Assembly (NCBI GenBank): GCA_964016885.1
Contig: OZ024752.1
Location: 48,608,001 to 48,672,000, forward strand
Source: Eledone cirrhosa
Taxonomy: Eukaryota
Reading direction: 5' to 3'
DNA: 64,000 nt
The translations under genes were made by a program, and so were the position numbers. The notes beneath the pieces were generated by a model. The model did not search any database, was not told the DNA's origin, and saw only the letters and a program-made list of their open reading frames with translations. Shown piece after piece: positions 40,645 to 53,500 of the stretch. Position 1 is the first letter of the stretch. Every line of letters starts with the position of its first letter.

Positions 40645-41680
40645 ATGCAGCCTGGATATCATTAAACATGCTGGGATCATTAGCATGGAAGTAATTCTTG
40701 CCATATTACAATTGAGTTTGGTAGAACATGGCAGAATGGATAAGAACTGCTCCAAGACATCCTCTAAATTGAGTTTAACCCTTTAACATTTACATTACTC
40801 TATATATACTATTGTATTTTCACAGCAAAGGCTTTACCTCACATAATATCTTACATAACATTTACATTACTCTATATATACTATTGTATTTTCATGGTAA
40901 AGGCTTTACCTCACATAATATCTCACATAACATTTACATTACTCTATATATACTATTGTATTTTCATGGTAAAGGCTTTACCTCCCATAATATCTCACAT
41001 AACATTTACATTACTCTATATATACTATTGTATTTTCATGGTAAAGGCTTTACCTCACATAATATCTTACATAACATTTACATTACTCTATATATACTAT
41101 TGTATTTTCATGGTAAAGGCTTTACCTCACATAATATCTTACATAACATTTACATTACTCTATATATACTATTGTATTTTCATGGTAAAGGCTTTACCTC
41201 ACATAATATCTCACATAACATTTACATTACTCTATATACACTATTATATTTTCACAGTAAAGGCTTTACCTCACATAATATCTCACATAACATTTACATT
41301 ACTCTATATACACTATTGTATTTTCATGGTAAAGGCTTTACCTCACACAATTATCTCACATAATATTGAATCTTTGAGATTTTAATATTATTTATTTTGA
41401 GAACAATACCTTAACATCAGTATGAGTGGCCGGTTACTGTTGGTTTGAACAGAAAGAGGTGAGAGAATTCTAGCCGGATATGGCCAGTTTAAATGCTAAA
41501 GGGTTAAATATGATGAAGAGTGCAAGGATTTAAATGTAAGTGATTCGGGATATCCCAGAATGGATGAAAACAGACTGCTCAAAGACATCCTCAATGTTGA
41601 ACTTAAATATGAAACATGAGCCCCCACAGATGTAAAAAAATTAATTGATTCTAGAAGGATCTTCAAGAGACCCTGAAAAA
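40645..41680 (+). mobile_element. Degenerate RTE (BovB-like) fragments flanking a TTAA MITE
   Basis: KHAGIISMEVIL..LQL..V.H.RMD at 40665-40745; RMDENRLLKDILNVELK at ~41557-41607. Confidence 0.55.
40775..41507. mobile_element. TTAA MITE (family C) with ~8 x 72-bp array
   Basis: TTAA-CCCTTTAACATTTAC ... AAATGCTAAAGGG-TTAA. Confidence 0.95.
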
Positions 41681-41811
41681 CTGTAAAATTTTATTATTAT
41701 CTAGTTAGGAAGATGCTACAAAAGATGAACAAAGCTAGTTCTGTCTTACAACTTAGCATCTCACTGAATTCTTCAAGCTTTCATCTGACTACTGTATATA
41801 CACAAATATAA

Positions 41812-42109
41812 TATATAGACAATATGCCCCCACACCCTCCCACTGCAAGGTGGTCGTGGAGGTGCCACGGCAAAAAAGCACCCAGCCCACACTGTAAAGT
41901 GGACGTGTAGGCGCCACGGAAAAAAAGCACCCAGCACTCACCATAAATGAGGTTGGTGTTAGGAAGGGCATCCAGCTGTAGAAATCAAGCCAGATCAGTT
42001 CCTGTATGAGCAAGGCATGGTCAGCCGACCAGACACTGCCCACAACAAAACAACCCGTCTAACCCATGCTAGCGTGGAAGAACGAACGTAAAACGGTGAT
42101 GATGATGAT
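41812..42109 (+). mobile_element. RTE family D 3'UTR
   Basis: Same as 8652-8990 in plus orientation. Confidence 0.8.
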
Positions 42110-42513
42110 AAGCTGAGGAATATCTGACCAAAAAAATCAATGATAGACGGGAGAGGGGCGGGTTGTGTTTGAGGTCAGCTTATATTTTGGGGATCAATAT
42201 TTTGACAATTTTCTCCAACTTGAAATTCTATGTAAATTAGGTTTGGATTTTTGCTCATTTCTCAGAAATAAAAATTAGTGGGGTCGGTTTATATTTTGTA
42301 TCGGCTTACATTCGAGTATGGTGGCAGATTGGTGGGGTTATTAGAACATTAGATAGAATGCTTTGTACTATCTGGTCAAGGTCTTTGGATCTAAGTGTGT
42401 GTCTGTGTGTGTGTGTGTCTGTGTCTGTGTATGTGAAAGTGTCTACATGTATATATATATATATGTGTATGTGCATGTGTGTACGTGAAAGTGTCTACAT
42501 GTATATATATATA

Positions 42514-42862
42514 TGGAGGCACATGGCTTAGTGGTTAGAGCATTGGCCTTGCAATCGAAAGGTTGTGAGTTCAATTCTCAGACCGGGTGATGTGTTGTTT
42601 CCTTGAGCAAGACACTTTATTTCACATTGCTCCAGTTTACTCAGCTGTAGAAATGAGATGATAGGGACTGGGGGTCCATATCATTCCACTGCAAAGTGGT
42701 CGTGGAGGTGCCATGGCAAAAAAGCACCCAGCACTCACTGTAAATGAGGTTGGTGTTAGGAAGGGCATCCAGCTGTAGAAATCAAGCCAGAATCAGTTCC
42801 CGTCCCACCCTTGCAAGCAGGGAAAAGGGGACGTAAAATGAAATGATGATGATGATGATGAT
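42514..42862 (+). mobile_element. Full SINE A (A1 tail)
   Basis: tRNA head, CORE-like domain, CCCACCCTTGCAAGCAGGGAAAAG tail, (GAT)n. Confidence 0.95.
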
Positions 42863-42972
42863 GTATATGTGTGTATGTGCGTGTGTGTGTCTGTGTACAT
42901 GAAAGTGTCTAATGTATATATAAGTATGTATATGTGTGTATGTGCGTGTGTGTGTGTGTACGTGAAAGTGCC

Positions 42973-43012
<40 letters not shown>

Positions 43013-43445
43013 TATGTATATGCGTATATATAAGTATGTATATGCGTGTGTCTGTGTGTGTGTATGTCTGTGTATGTGAAAGTGTCTACATGTATATATA
43101 TATATGTATATGTGTGTATGTGTATATCTGTGTGTGTGGATGAGTTAGGAAGCTGCAGCTGCCAAGACATCTAAGGGAGAGAGGTAGAGAGAGGGAAAGA
43201 CAGAGATACAAAGGGAGAGATCAAGAGAGAGGGAGAGAGAGGGAAAGACAGAGATACAAAGGGAGAGATCAAGAGAGAGGGAGGTAGTCAGAGGGAGAGA
43301 GACTGAGAGAAAACAAGAAAGAGAGTCAGAGAGAGAATCAGGGAGAGAGAGAAAGAGAGAGAGAGAGAGAGGTAGAGTGTGTGTGAGAGAAATCAAGAGA
43401 GAGAGTGTGTGTGTGAGAGAGAGAAAGAGAAAGAAAGAGACAGAG

Positions 43446-43485
<40 letters not shown>

Positions 43486-43692
43486 TGTGTGTGATACAAA
43501 CAGAGAGAACCATAGGAAGAAGAAAAAGAGGAAGAAGAGGAGGAGAAAGTGGAAGATATATGATATGAAGGTGTAGAAAGCTCGTTACAATGATGTCAGG
43601 TATTTATATCAAGGTGTTTCTTTGTTGTTATTAAGTCATGCTCTAACTTGAACAGACCTGGACACCTACAACACTAAAAATTAATTAATTAG

Positions 43693-44347
43693 TCAAGGTA
43701 TATAATTGTTTCTAGTTTTGGCACAAGGCCAGCAATTACCCCAGTGTATTACTGGTATTTTATTTTTATGATGATGACAATATTTGTTTCTACTTTAGGC
43801 ACAAGGTCAGCAATTATCCCAGTGTATTACTGGTACTTTATTTTTATGATGATGACAATAATTGTTTCTACTTTTGGCACAAGGCCAGCAATTACTCCAG
43901 TGTATTACTGGTACTTTATTTTTATGATGATGACAATAATTGTTTCTACTTTTGGCACAAGGCCAGCAATTACTCCAGTGTATTACTGGTACTTTGTTTT
44001 ATCATCTACTCCGTAAGGATGAGAAGGCGGGATTTGAACTCAGAATGGCAAGGGCCGTAACTCTATGTATCAAAGCATGTCATCTGACCCTCTACCGATA
44101 CTGTCAATCCACCACCTTAATAATAATAATAATAATAACAATAATTGTTTCTACTTTTGGCACAAGGCCAGCAATTACCCAGTACATTACTGGTACTTTA
44201 TTTTATCAACCCCGTAAGGATGAAAGGCAAAGTCAACCTCGGCGGGATTTGAACTCAGATCATAAAGGGACGTAACTATGCTGGAAAGCATGGCGTCCGA
44301 CCCTCTACCGATACTGCCAATCCACCACCGAAATCAAGGTATATAAT
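43693..44347 (-). mobile_element. SINE B dimer plus three extra 78-bp tail units inside one 14-bp TSD
   Basis: TCAAGGTATATAAT at 43693-43706 and 44334-44347; tail units at 43706, 43784, 43862, 43940. Confidence 0.85.
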
Positions 44348-44757
44348 GCCACAATTTAGCAGTACCAATATTACTGGAAAATACACCGAAACAGAAGTTT
44401 AGAGTTCAAACCATAGAAGAAGTTCAGAGTTTTACATGTAGCTTAGTGTTTAGTGAGCTGGATTCATGATTACAAGGTAATAGGTTTGGGTTTGATTCCA
44501 GGATCAGGTGACACATTGTGTTCTTGAGCAAAATACTTTATTTTTTTCCCCTCTGCTCCATCCAACCATCCACCCATTTCCAGCTTCCCTGCCAAACAAA
44601 CAAGTGTCTCACACATCCTTCACATTCAGTTGAAATATCGCCATGGAAAGTATAACTGACAACTTCCTTCTACAGTTTAAGAAACATGATACCTCTTAGA
44701 AATTAATTTGCAAAACCTTTCAGTTAAAATGACAGTTCCTCCTTCTCCTCACCTCAC

Positions 44758-44812
<55 letters not shown>

Positions 44813-44813
44813 A

Positions 44814-44847
<34 letters not shown>

Positions 44848-44900
44848 ATATATATATATATATATACATATATAAAGGAATAAAGAATATTTGTATATAT

Positions 44901-44935
<35 letters not shown>

Positions 44936-44938
<3 letters not shown>

Positions 44939-45009
44939 GTTGTTCCCAAAACTGTATACATACTTTGATTACAATGCTGTTGAAGTGTGTATACATTTTT
45001 GGGGACAGA

Positions 45010-45012
<3 letters not shown>
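44936..45012. mobile_element. 77-bp hairpin Tc1/mariner-type MITE in (TA)n
   Basis: CAGGTTGTTCCCAAAACTGTATACATACTT / AAGTGTGTATACATTTTTGGGGACAGACTG; similar single end CAGGGTGTCCC at ~13975. Confidence 0.65.
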
Positions 45013-45053
<41 letters not shown>

Positions 45054-45056
45054 TGC

Positions 45057-45274
<218 letters not shown>

Positions 45275-45292
45275 CATATATATATATACACA

Positions 45293-45330
<38 letters not shown>

Positions 45331-45732
45331 CATACATATATATATATATGTCAATCTCTGTCTCCCCTCTGCTCCTCCCTCCCTCTATCGTCTTAGTCTC
45401 TTCTGATGGAGTTTCTACAGAAATCTGGATACAAATTAATTTAGAAATGTGGTGAAATACAAACGAGGTGACGGAGAGAATAAGCAAATTAAATCATCAC
45501 AAAAGACAACAAATTGTTTGTTGTTTTTGTTTTTCTGGGCTTGTTTTGATTTTGTGTTTTCATTTTATTTTATTTTATTTATCTTTCTTTTTAAGGATTA
45601 TTTTTTCTTTATGTGACTAACCATTTTAACCTGCATTATAAGATGTGTGTGTGTGTAGGAGGGGGGGGGGGGGCTAATGCCTAGCCTATATATATATGTA
45701 TGTATATATATATATGTATGTATATATATATG

Positions 45733-45767
<35 letters not shown>

Positions 45768-45790
45768 GTATATATATGTATGTATGTATG

Positions 45791-45847
<57 letters not shown>

Positions 45848-45903
45848 TTGTATATTTATATATATACATACATATACATACATATATATATATATACAAA
45901 CAC

Positions 45904-45936
<33 letters not shown>

Positions 45937-46178
45937 CACACAAATATACGTATATATATATATATATGTATATATATACATACGTATATATATGTATGTA
46001 TATATATATACATATATATATATATATACATACTTACATCTATATATATATATACAGACACATATATATATATGTATGCATGTATATATTTCATTATGTG
46101 TATGTATATATAAGTATACATTATATATAAATATGTATATGGAGGTGCATTTGTATGTATATCTATACATGCTTACAC

Positions 46179-46223
<45 letters not shown>

Positions 46224-46427
46224 ACATTATAGTATGTATAGCAGTGTTTGATATACAGAGGCACTTTAACAATCAATATTTCATGATCGTTTCTATTCAT
46301 TTAGTTTGTTTATTTGTCAGTCTACAGTTTTTTATTCTTTCAAATTTTGTCTTGATTTCCATTTTGGTCAAAGAAAATTGTATTTATATATTTTTTGTCT
46401 TTGGGTTCATTTATTTTTTTATTTCGA

Positions 46428-46467
<40 letters not shown>

Positions 46468-46759
46468 GTATGTGTTTTAAGTCTTATTTTCTTTTATCAT
46501 TTAACAAGCTAACATCTGCTAGACAATTTTCTGAAAGCACTTATCATAATCATAACAAATGGGTTGACAATGTACATAAAGATTTGACTTTATCCAGTTA
46601 ATTATAAACATACCAGCATCTGCAGATAATAGTTTATATATTACAGTCTATGGTTATGTCACATAATCTTTTCATGAACCTCAATGTGTTATAAAGCAAA
46701 TACTTAGGTCTGGCTTCTAGCAATTTACTGAGATCAGAGATAAATGTTAATCTGGATAT

Positions 46760-47098
46760 TCTGGAAGCAATTTAATCTATAATCTGGAAGCAATTTAAAT
46801 TATATTCTGGGAGCAATTTAAACTATGATCTGGAAGCAATTTAAACTATATTCTAGAAACAATTTAAACTATATTCTGGAAGCAATTTAAACTATGATCT
46901 GGAAGCAATTTAAACTATATTCTAGAAGCAATTTAAACTATGTTCTGGAAGCAATTTAAACTATGATCTGGAAGTAATTTGAAGTATAATCTGGAAGCAA
47001 TTTAAACTATATGCTGAAAGCAATTTGAAGTATATTCTGGGAACAATTTTAACTATATGCTTGAAGCAATTTGAAACTATATTCTGGAAGCAATTTCA
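46760..47098 (+). repeat. 23-bp minisatellite TCTGGAAGCAATTTAAACTATAT, ~14 units
   Basis: Directly visible. Confidence 0.9.
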
Positions 47099-47709
47099 AT
47101 CACTGGACAGATCTTTAGGACAAAATCAAATGGCAGAAAACCCAGGGGCTGACTTCGAGCAAGTTAGTTGGATAACATATCTGAGTCTGGCTTGGGGATC
47201 TAGCAGAATAAATTGGAGACAGTTGCTTCTGACAGGACGTGCTAGAAGGAACCTATATGTGTATGAATTCTTTTCTCACGAGTCAGTTCTTTCGTAGCTA
47301 TGGACTCCGGCCAAATTACCTGTCGCTGTCTTCATTTTGCAAAGCCCTTCAAACTGTATGTTATTACTCTGAGGTCCTATACCTTGTCGAGTGCTTGGCT
47401 GCACTGCTGAACGCATTCGTCGGCTTGGATGAGGCTATGGCTTCGAATATGCTGTACTTCCATTTGTATATAACTATATATATATATATATAGTAGAATA
47501 ATCGAGTATCGAAAAATCAGCGCACGAGTTCACGATAAACAAAATTCGACATGAGTGGCAGAGGGCTCAATAATTCAGATAAATCAGAGCTATAACTATC
47601 GTTAAAATACCAACACACATAGATTATGTCTAAAATCAACCATACGACCGAAAAATTACGATCAGGAAGATTCGGGTCACTCAGATAAAAGTGTGTCATC
47701 ATCAGCGAC

Positions 47710-48037
47710 ATCATTTTACGTCCGCTTTTCCCTGCTTGCAAGGGTGGGACGGGAACTGATTCTGGCTTGATTTCTACAGCTGGATGCCCTTCCTAACACC
47801 AACCTCATTTTACAGTGAGTGCTGGGTGCTTTTTTGCCGTGGCACCTCCACGACCACTTTGCAGTGGAATGATAGGGACCCCAGTCCCTATCATCTCATT
47901 TCTACAGCTGAGTAAACTGGAGTAATGTGAAATAAAGTGTCTTGCTCAAGGAAACAACACATCACCCGGTCTGAGAATTGAACTCACAACCTTTCGATTG
48001 CAAGGCCAATGCTCTAACCACTAAACCATGTGCCTCA
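47710..48037 (-). mobile_element. Full SINE A (A1 tail)
   Basis: Reverse complement of the 42514 copy. Confidence 0.95.
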
Positions 48038-48239
48038 TGTGTGTATATATCTATTATTCAATAGATGTAAGCCTGATGATGAAGCTTAAACTGTTGTGAC
48101 AGCTGTCGAAATAGTTTCAGCTTGACCGCCAGGCTTATATGTAATGAATAATATCTCCGCTGCGCATCTTTGAAATATCCAGTACTCAGCTGAATAATGG
48201 TCTTACTAGTCTCTTGACGAGTAATATCCAACCCATATA

Positions 48240-48242
48240 TAA

Positions 48243-48284
<42 letters not shown>

Positions 48285-48310
48285 GTGTATATATGTGTGA
48301 GTCTACATGC

Positions 48311-48341
<31 letters not shown>

Positions 48342-48697
48342 CATATATATATTTATTATACATAGAATAAGAAAATGCGATGTAGTTTATTATAAATGTA
48401 TGTATATATTTATATGTGTATATGTATATATATATATATATACATATGTGTATATATGTGTGAGTCTACATGCATATATATATATATATATAAATACATA
48501 TATATATTTATTATACATAGAATAAGAAAATGCGATGTAGTTTATTATAAATGTATGTATATATTTATATGTGTATATGTATATATATATATATATACAT
48601 ATGTGTATATATGTGTGAGTCTACATGCATATATATATATATATATAAATACATATATATATTTATTATACATAGAATAAGAAAATGCGATGTAGTT

Positions 48698-48705
<8 letters not shown>
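48240..48705 (+). repeat. ~155-bp tandem triplication of (TA)-rich sequence
   Basis: CATAGAATAAGAAAATGCGATGTAG at 48361, 48516 and 48671. Confidence 0.85.
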
Positions 48706-48738
<33 letters not shown>

Positions 48739-48742
48739 TATG

Positions 48743-48794
<52 letters not shown>

Positions 48795-49289
48795 CAAACA
48801 TCTGGCCTACACACATTCAGATCAGAGAATGTATGGGTGAGAGGGACAATACAAACGTGGAGATCATTAATATTTATTGGTGTTTTACTTATTCACCAAT
48901 AATGCAATCATGTATGTATATATATATATACATATACATACATATACATACACACACACATACATATATATATATGTATATATATATGTATAAAGATCGA
49001 TGGATAGATAGATATGTGTGTATGTATGGACAATAATGCAATCATATATATATATATATATATTTAATGTGTCTTTGTACTTATGTATCTATATGTGTAT
49101 GTATATATATATGTATGTGTATGTATGTGTATGTATATATGTGTGTATGTGTATGTGTATGTGTGTATACATGATAAGGCAGAGCTGATTGCCAGTGAAC
49201 ATGAACAATTGATGTTGTTCTCACTGATGTGAGCTGGCAGTACTGTAATAACTTTATTTCGACATGTATATATGATGTATATATGTGTG

Positions 49290-49351
<62 letters not shown>

Positions 49352-49455
49352 TATGTATGTATGTATGTGTCTGTATATATATATATATCTATATCGATAG
49401 ATAGATAGATAAAGAGATTTATAAATGTATAGACACACACGTATATATATATATA

Positions 49456-49527
<72 letters not shown>

Positions 49528-49593
49528 TGCATGTATATATATAGATAGATAGATAGATAGAGAAAGAGATTTGTATGTGTATAGACACACATG

Positions 49594-49628
<35 letters not shown>

Positions 49629-49832
49629 ATATATGTCATCATCATTGTTCAACGTCAATCTTCCACGCTAGCATGGGTTAGACATATAAATTTATATATA
49701 TATATATATATATATCTTATATATCCATATTTATATATTTGTGTCTTTAAATATACACATATATATATATACATATGTGTATACATATATATATATACAT
49801 TATATATATATATATAATATATACATTATATA

Positions 49833-49882
<50 letters not shown>

Positions 49883-49925
49883 TATTTATATTTTTGTGTC
49901 TTTATATACACACACACATATATAT

Positions 49926-49962
<37 letters not shown>

Positions 49963-50311
49963 CACATATTTATGTATACTTAGATGAGAGACATATAAAC
50001 GAAATAGATAGTGAAGTCGAGAAAGGTCTTTTCCTATATATATTCCATTGTCTCCATCCTCCTCCTCATCATCATCATCATCATCATCATATAGAAAGTA
50101 TAATGACTATTGTATGTTTATATCTTAATCAAGATAACAAACTTCTATGTAAACATTCGGCTGAGACAACTTTGGCTGCACAATGATGCTTACCACGTGA
50201 ACTAATAGTATTGCTTACTACATACATATATCCGTATGAGTGTATATATGTTGCACATCTATACACATATATATTACATACAGATATATATACATATAAA
50301 TATATATACAT

Positions 50312-50662
50312 GAAGGCACATGGCTTAGTGGTTAGAGCATTGGCCTTGCAATCAAAAGGTTGTGAGTTCAATTCTCAGACCGGGTGATGTGTTGCTTCCT
50401 TGAGCAAGACACTTTATTTCACATTGCTCCAGTTTACTCAGCTGTAGAAATGAGATGATTAGGGACTGGGGTCCCTGTCATTCCACTGCAAAGTGGTCGT
50501 GGAGGTGCCACGGCAAAAAAGCACCCAGCACTCACTGTAAATGAGGTTGGTGTTAGGAAGGGCATCCAGCTGTAGAAATCGAGCCAGAATCAGTTCCCGT
50601 CCCACCCTTGCAAGCAGGGAAAAGTGGACGTAAAAATGAAATGATGATGATGATGATGATGA
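50312..50662 (+). mobile_element. Full SINE A (A1 tail)
   Basis: As 42514. Confidence 0.95.
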
Positions 50663-50675
50663 CACATACACATAA

Positions 50676-50708
<33 letters not shown>

Positions 50709-50771
50709 TATATATATATAGATATATATAGAGAATTCACAAGAATCAAAGCTATGTTCAAAGCATTTATT

Positions 50772-50818
50772 CACTTACAATTGTTTCATCCAAACCTAGG
50801 CTTGGAGTCTTCGGAGCA
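50772..50818 (-). ncRNA. Hammerhead-like motif (U4>C variant) in an 18-bp inverted-repeat remnant
   Basis: TGCT CCGAAGA C-TCCAAGCC TA GGTTTGGA-T GAAA CAATTG TA AGTG AATAAA. Confidence 0.6.
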
Positions 50819-50904
50819 TTTTCCAATGTTTGTACACATAACTGACCTCCTTTCCAATGCAAGAGACATACAGATACATATATATATTGAACATAGCTTT
50901 GATT

Positions 50905-51122
50905 TACAGTGAGAGCTGGGGGCTTTTTCGTGGCGCCTACACGTCCACTTTACAGTGTGGGCTGGGTGCTTTTTTGCTGCCGTGGCACCTCTACGACCAC
51001 CTTGCAGTGGGGGGTGTGGGGGCATATTGTCTATATGCTTCAGCTTGTACCCATGGGAGGTCGGGTACTCTGTATTACTGCGTGACGCCAGAGGTCACGG
51101 TCGTGTGTCATCGCCTTTGAGA
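50905..51122 (-). mobile_element. RTE family D ORF end + start of 3'UTR
   Basis: LSKAMTHDRDLWRHAVIQSTRPPMGTS* followed by sequence shared with the SINE A body. Confidence 0.8.
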
Positions 51123-51328
51123 GGTTATTATATATATATATGTAATATATATGTTTGTGTATATATATATATATATATATATTGTTATACTTTGGGAGGG
51201 TCATGTTGCCAATAAGAAACACACGCACCAGTTGCTTTCACTTCAATTTATTATAATAAATTTATAAATTTAGGAATTTATAAATTTCCGGTTGGTTGGT
51301 TCCACAACCAGATGGTTGTTTATATATT

Positions 51329-51371
51329 GTCAAAGTTCTTTCGTCACACATTCTATGACCTCTTCAGCGAC
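51329..51371 (-). ncRNA. Hammerhead-like motif inside a 45-bp inverted-repeat element (51179-51483)
   Basis: GTCG CTGAAGA G GTCATA GAATG TGTGAC GAAA GAAC TT TGAC. Confidence 0.55.
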
Positions 51372-51539
51372 TGGGGATTTTTTTCTTTGTTTTTGTGCCT
51401 CTCCTTTGTTCTGTCCTACGCCATCTTGTTTCTGTGTATGTGTTTCTTATTGGCAACATGGCCCTCCCAAAGTATAACAATATCGGTTTCAACACACGTT
51501 TTCAGATAAAGAATCTTGCTAAACAAATTCAGAAACGAA

Positions 51540-51572
<33 letters not shown>

Positions 51573-51828
51573 AATGCATATGAGCATACAATACACACAA
51601 CAACCAGCACTCAGATACACACTTGTGAACACACAGAATCCATACATTGTACAGTGAGGGTATTGTCCCTACATTGTAGAGTTGGTAGAATCCCTGTAAT
51701 TGACAGGAGGTAGACTTCCTGTATTGAAAGTCGACGTACTCCAATTATCCAATGCCTCTCCCCCAATCACTAAACAACAACAGCAACAGCAATAAAAACA
51801 ACAACAAGCATTTTAGTATATACATAAT

Positions 51829-52192
51829 TGCAATGTCAATGTACGTGAACGGCCGAGCATGGATGAGTGGAGAGAGAAACTGTGTTGAAGGGGGATAAGT
51901 TGTGGTGTGCAGGAGAGAAGACTGCGATGGTATGGACATGTGATGTGCATGGAGGATGACCGCTGGGTAAAGAAGTGCCAAGAAATCCAGTAGAAGGAAG
52001 ACACAGTAGAGAGGAAGACCACGAAAAACATGAGCAGAGGTAGTGAGGGCTGACCTCAGATTGCAGAAGGTCAAGAAGGAGATGACGAAGGACTGTGACA
52101 AGTGGAGAGATGCTGTGCTGATTAGGACCCATCCCACCCTTGCAAGCAGGGAAAAGCGAACGTAATAAGATGATGACAATGATGATGATGAT
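51829..52192 (+). mobile_element. RTE LINE 3' fragment
   Basis: ERRLRWYGHVMCMEDDRWVKKCQE...RGRPRKT.AEVVRADL...EMTKDCDKWRDAV, (GAT)n. Confidence 0.85.
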
Positions 52193-52752
52193 AATTGCAT
52201 TAACTTATGTCAGATCAGACAATTTAGACATTTAAACATATATCTACACAGTTGGACACTGAATTATAGATTGGAAGCGAGGATTTGATGGTGTGTATGC
52301 TCAACAGACAGATGGGTGGTAGATATTTCTAATATATACATATGTTTGCATGAATAAATAAATAAATAACTATGTATATCTGTCTTCCAATATGTCTAGA
52401 TATCCCATATCTAGACATGAAATATCTTTACACATTATCTATCTACATACTGCTTATTTGGTAAACATTTGCCACTATTGACAGAGTTTGTATTTGTCTA
52501 TGAATATATGTATATGTGTGAGTATCGAAGTGTGTGTGTGTGTGTGTGTGTGTGTATATTTATATATATCTTGCAAGCAGGGAAAAGCGGACGTAAAATG
52601 ATGATGATGATGATGATATATATATATATATATATACATCTATATATATATTGTAGAAGAATGGCGCTGAAAATGACATCGTGAGAGGCCTCCTAAGTCA
52701 TTAATGATGAGGACAAATAAAAACAATATATATATAATATATGTTGTATGTA

Positions 52753-52804
<52 letters not shown>

Positions 52805-52848
52805 TGAAAAAGAACAAAGGAACTATTATGACATTATAACAAGTTTAT

Positions 52849-52895
52849 TGCCGACAGCCGTTTCATCCGACCCCATGGTGGGACTTATCAAGGCA
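52849..52895 (-). ncRNA. Minimal type-I hammerhead ribozyme, U3-A8 core variant
   Basis: TGCC TTGATAA GTCC-C-ACC ATGG GGT-C-GGAT GAAA CGGCTG TC GGCA ATAAA. Confidence 0.7.
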
Positions 52896-53202
52896 TATAA
52901 CATGTGATTGCAAGATCATTGTTTACATCAACGTATATTTCTGCTCTGCGTATACGCATAGAGCTTAACTAGCTACCGTCACATATTTGGTAAGTCAGAC
53001 GTGATCATCGCGATTCACATACGACCTACCATACATCTTACTTATATATATATTTATATATATATATATGTTTGAGCTGTTTTGAACTCAATGGACTTAT
53101 CACCCAGCATTTCAAATACAAGTCCTTGACACATTTACAGAGCATTTCACATTCTTGTATATAAATATATATCTTGAATAAAATTAATAAATTTTATCTC
53201 AC

Positions 53203-53500
53203 TTCATCATCGTCATTTAACGTCTATCTTCCACGCTTGCATGGGTTTAGATGGGAGTTGTCCCACGTGAGGCAAGATTGGTTGTCTTGCTCGTATAGGA
53301 CTGTGTGGCGGGTTTTCTACGGCTGGATGCCCTTCCTAACACCAACCACGTTTACAGTGTGGGGCTGGGAGGTTTTTACCGTGTTGCCTACACGGCCACA
53401 TTACAGCGTGGACTGTCTGGCGGGTTTTCTACAGCTAGATGCTCTTCCTAACACCAACCACGTTTACAGTGTGGACTGGGAGGTTTTTACCATGTTACCT
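53203..53500 (-). mobile_element. Older family D/SINE A 3' part with internal duplication
   Basis: GGATGCCCTTCCTAACACCAACC-like motif twice; related copies at 33001-33105, 63430-63640 and 63900-64000. Confidence 0.7.

Noticed and set aside
42514-42590. tRNA gene
   Set aside because: SINE head: anticodon and acceptor stems poorly paired, always followed by the same SINE body
48064-48140. SECIS- or hammerhead-like hairpin (CTGATGATGAAGCTTAAA...GACAGCTGTCGAAA)
   Set aside because: Helix II too short and irregular for a SECIS and no selenoprotein context; hammerhead stems II and III not in register; at most a decayed relic
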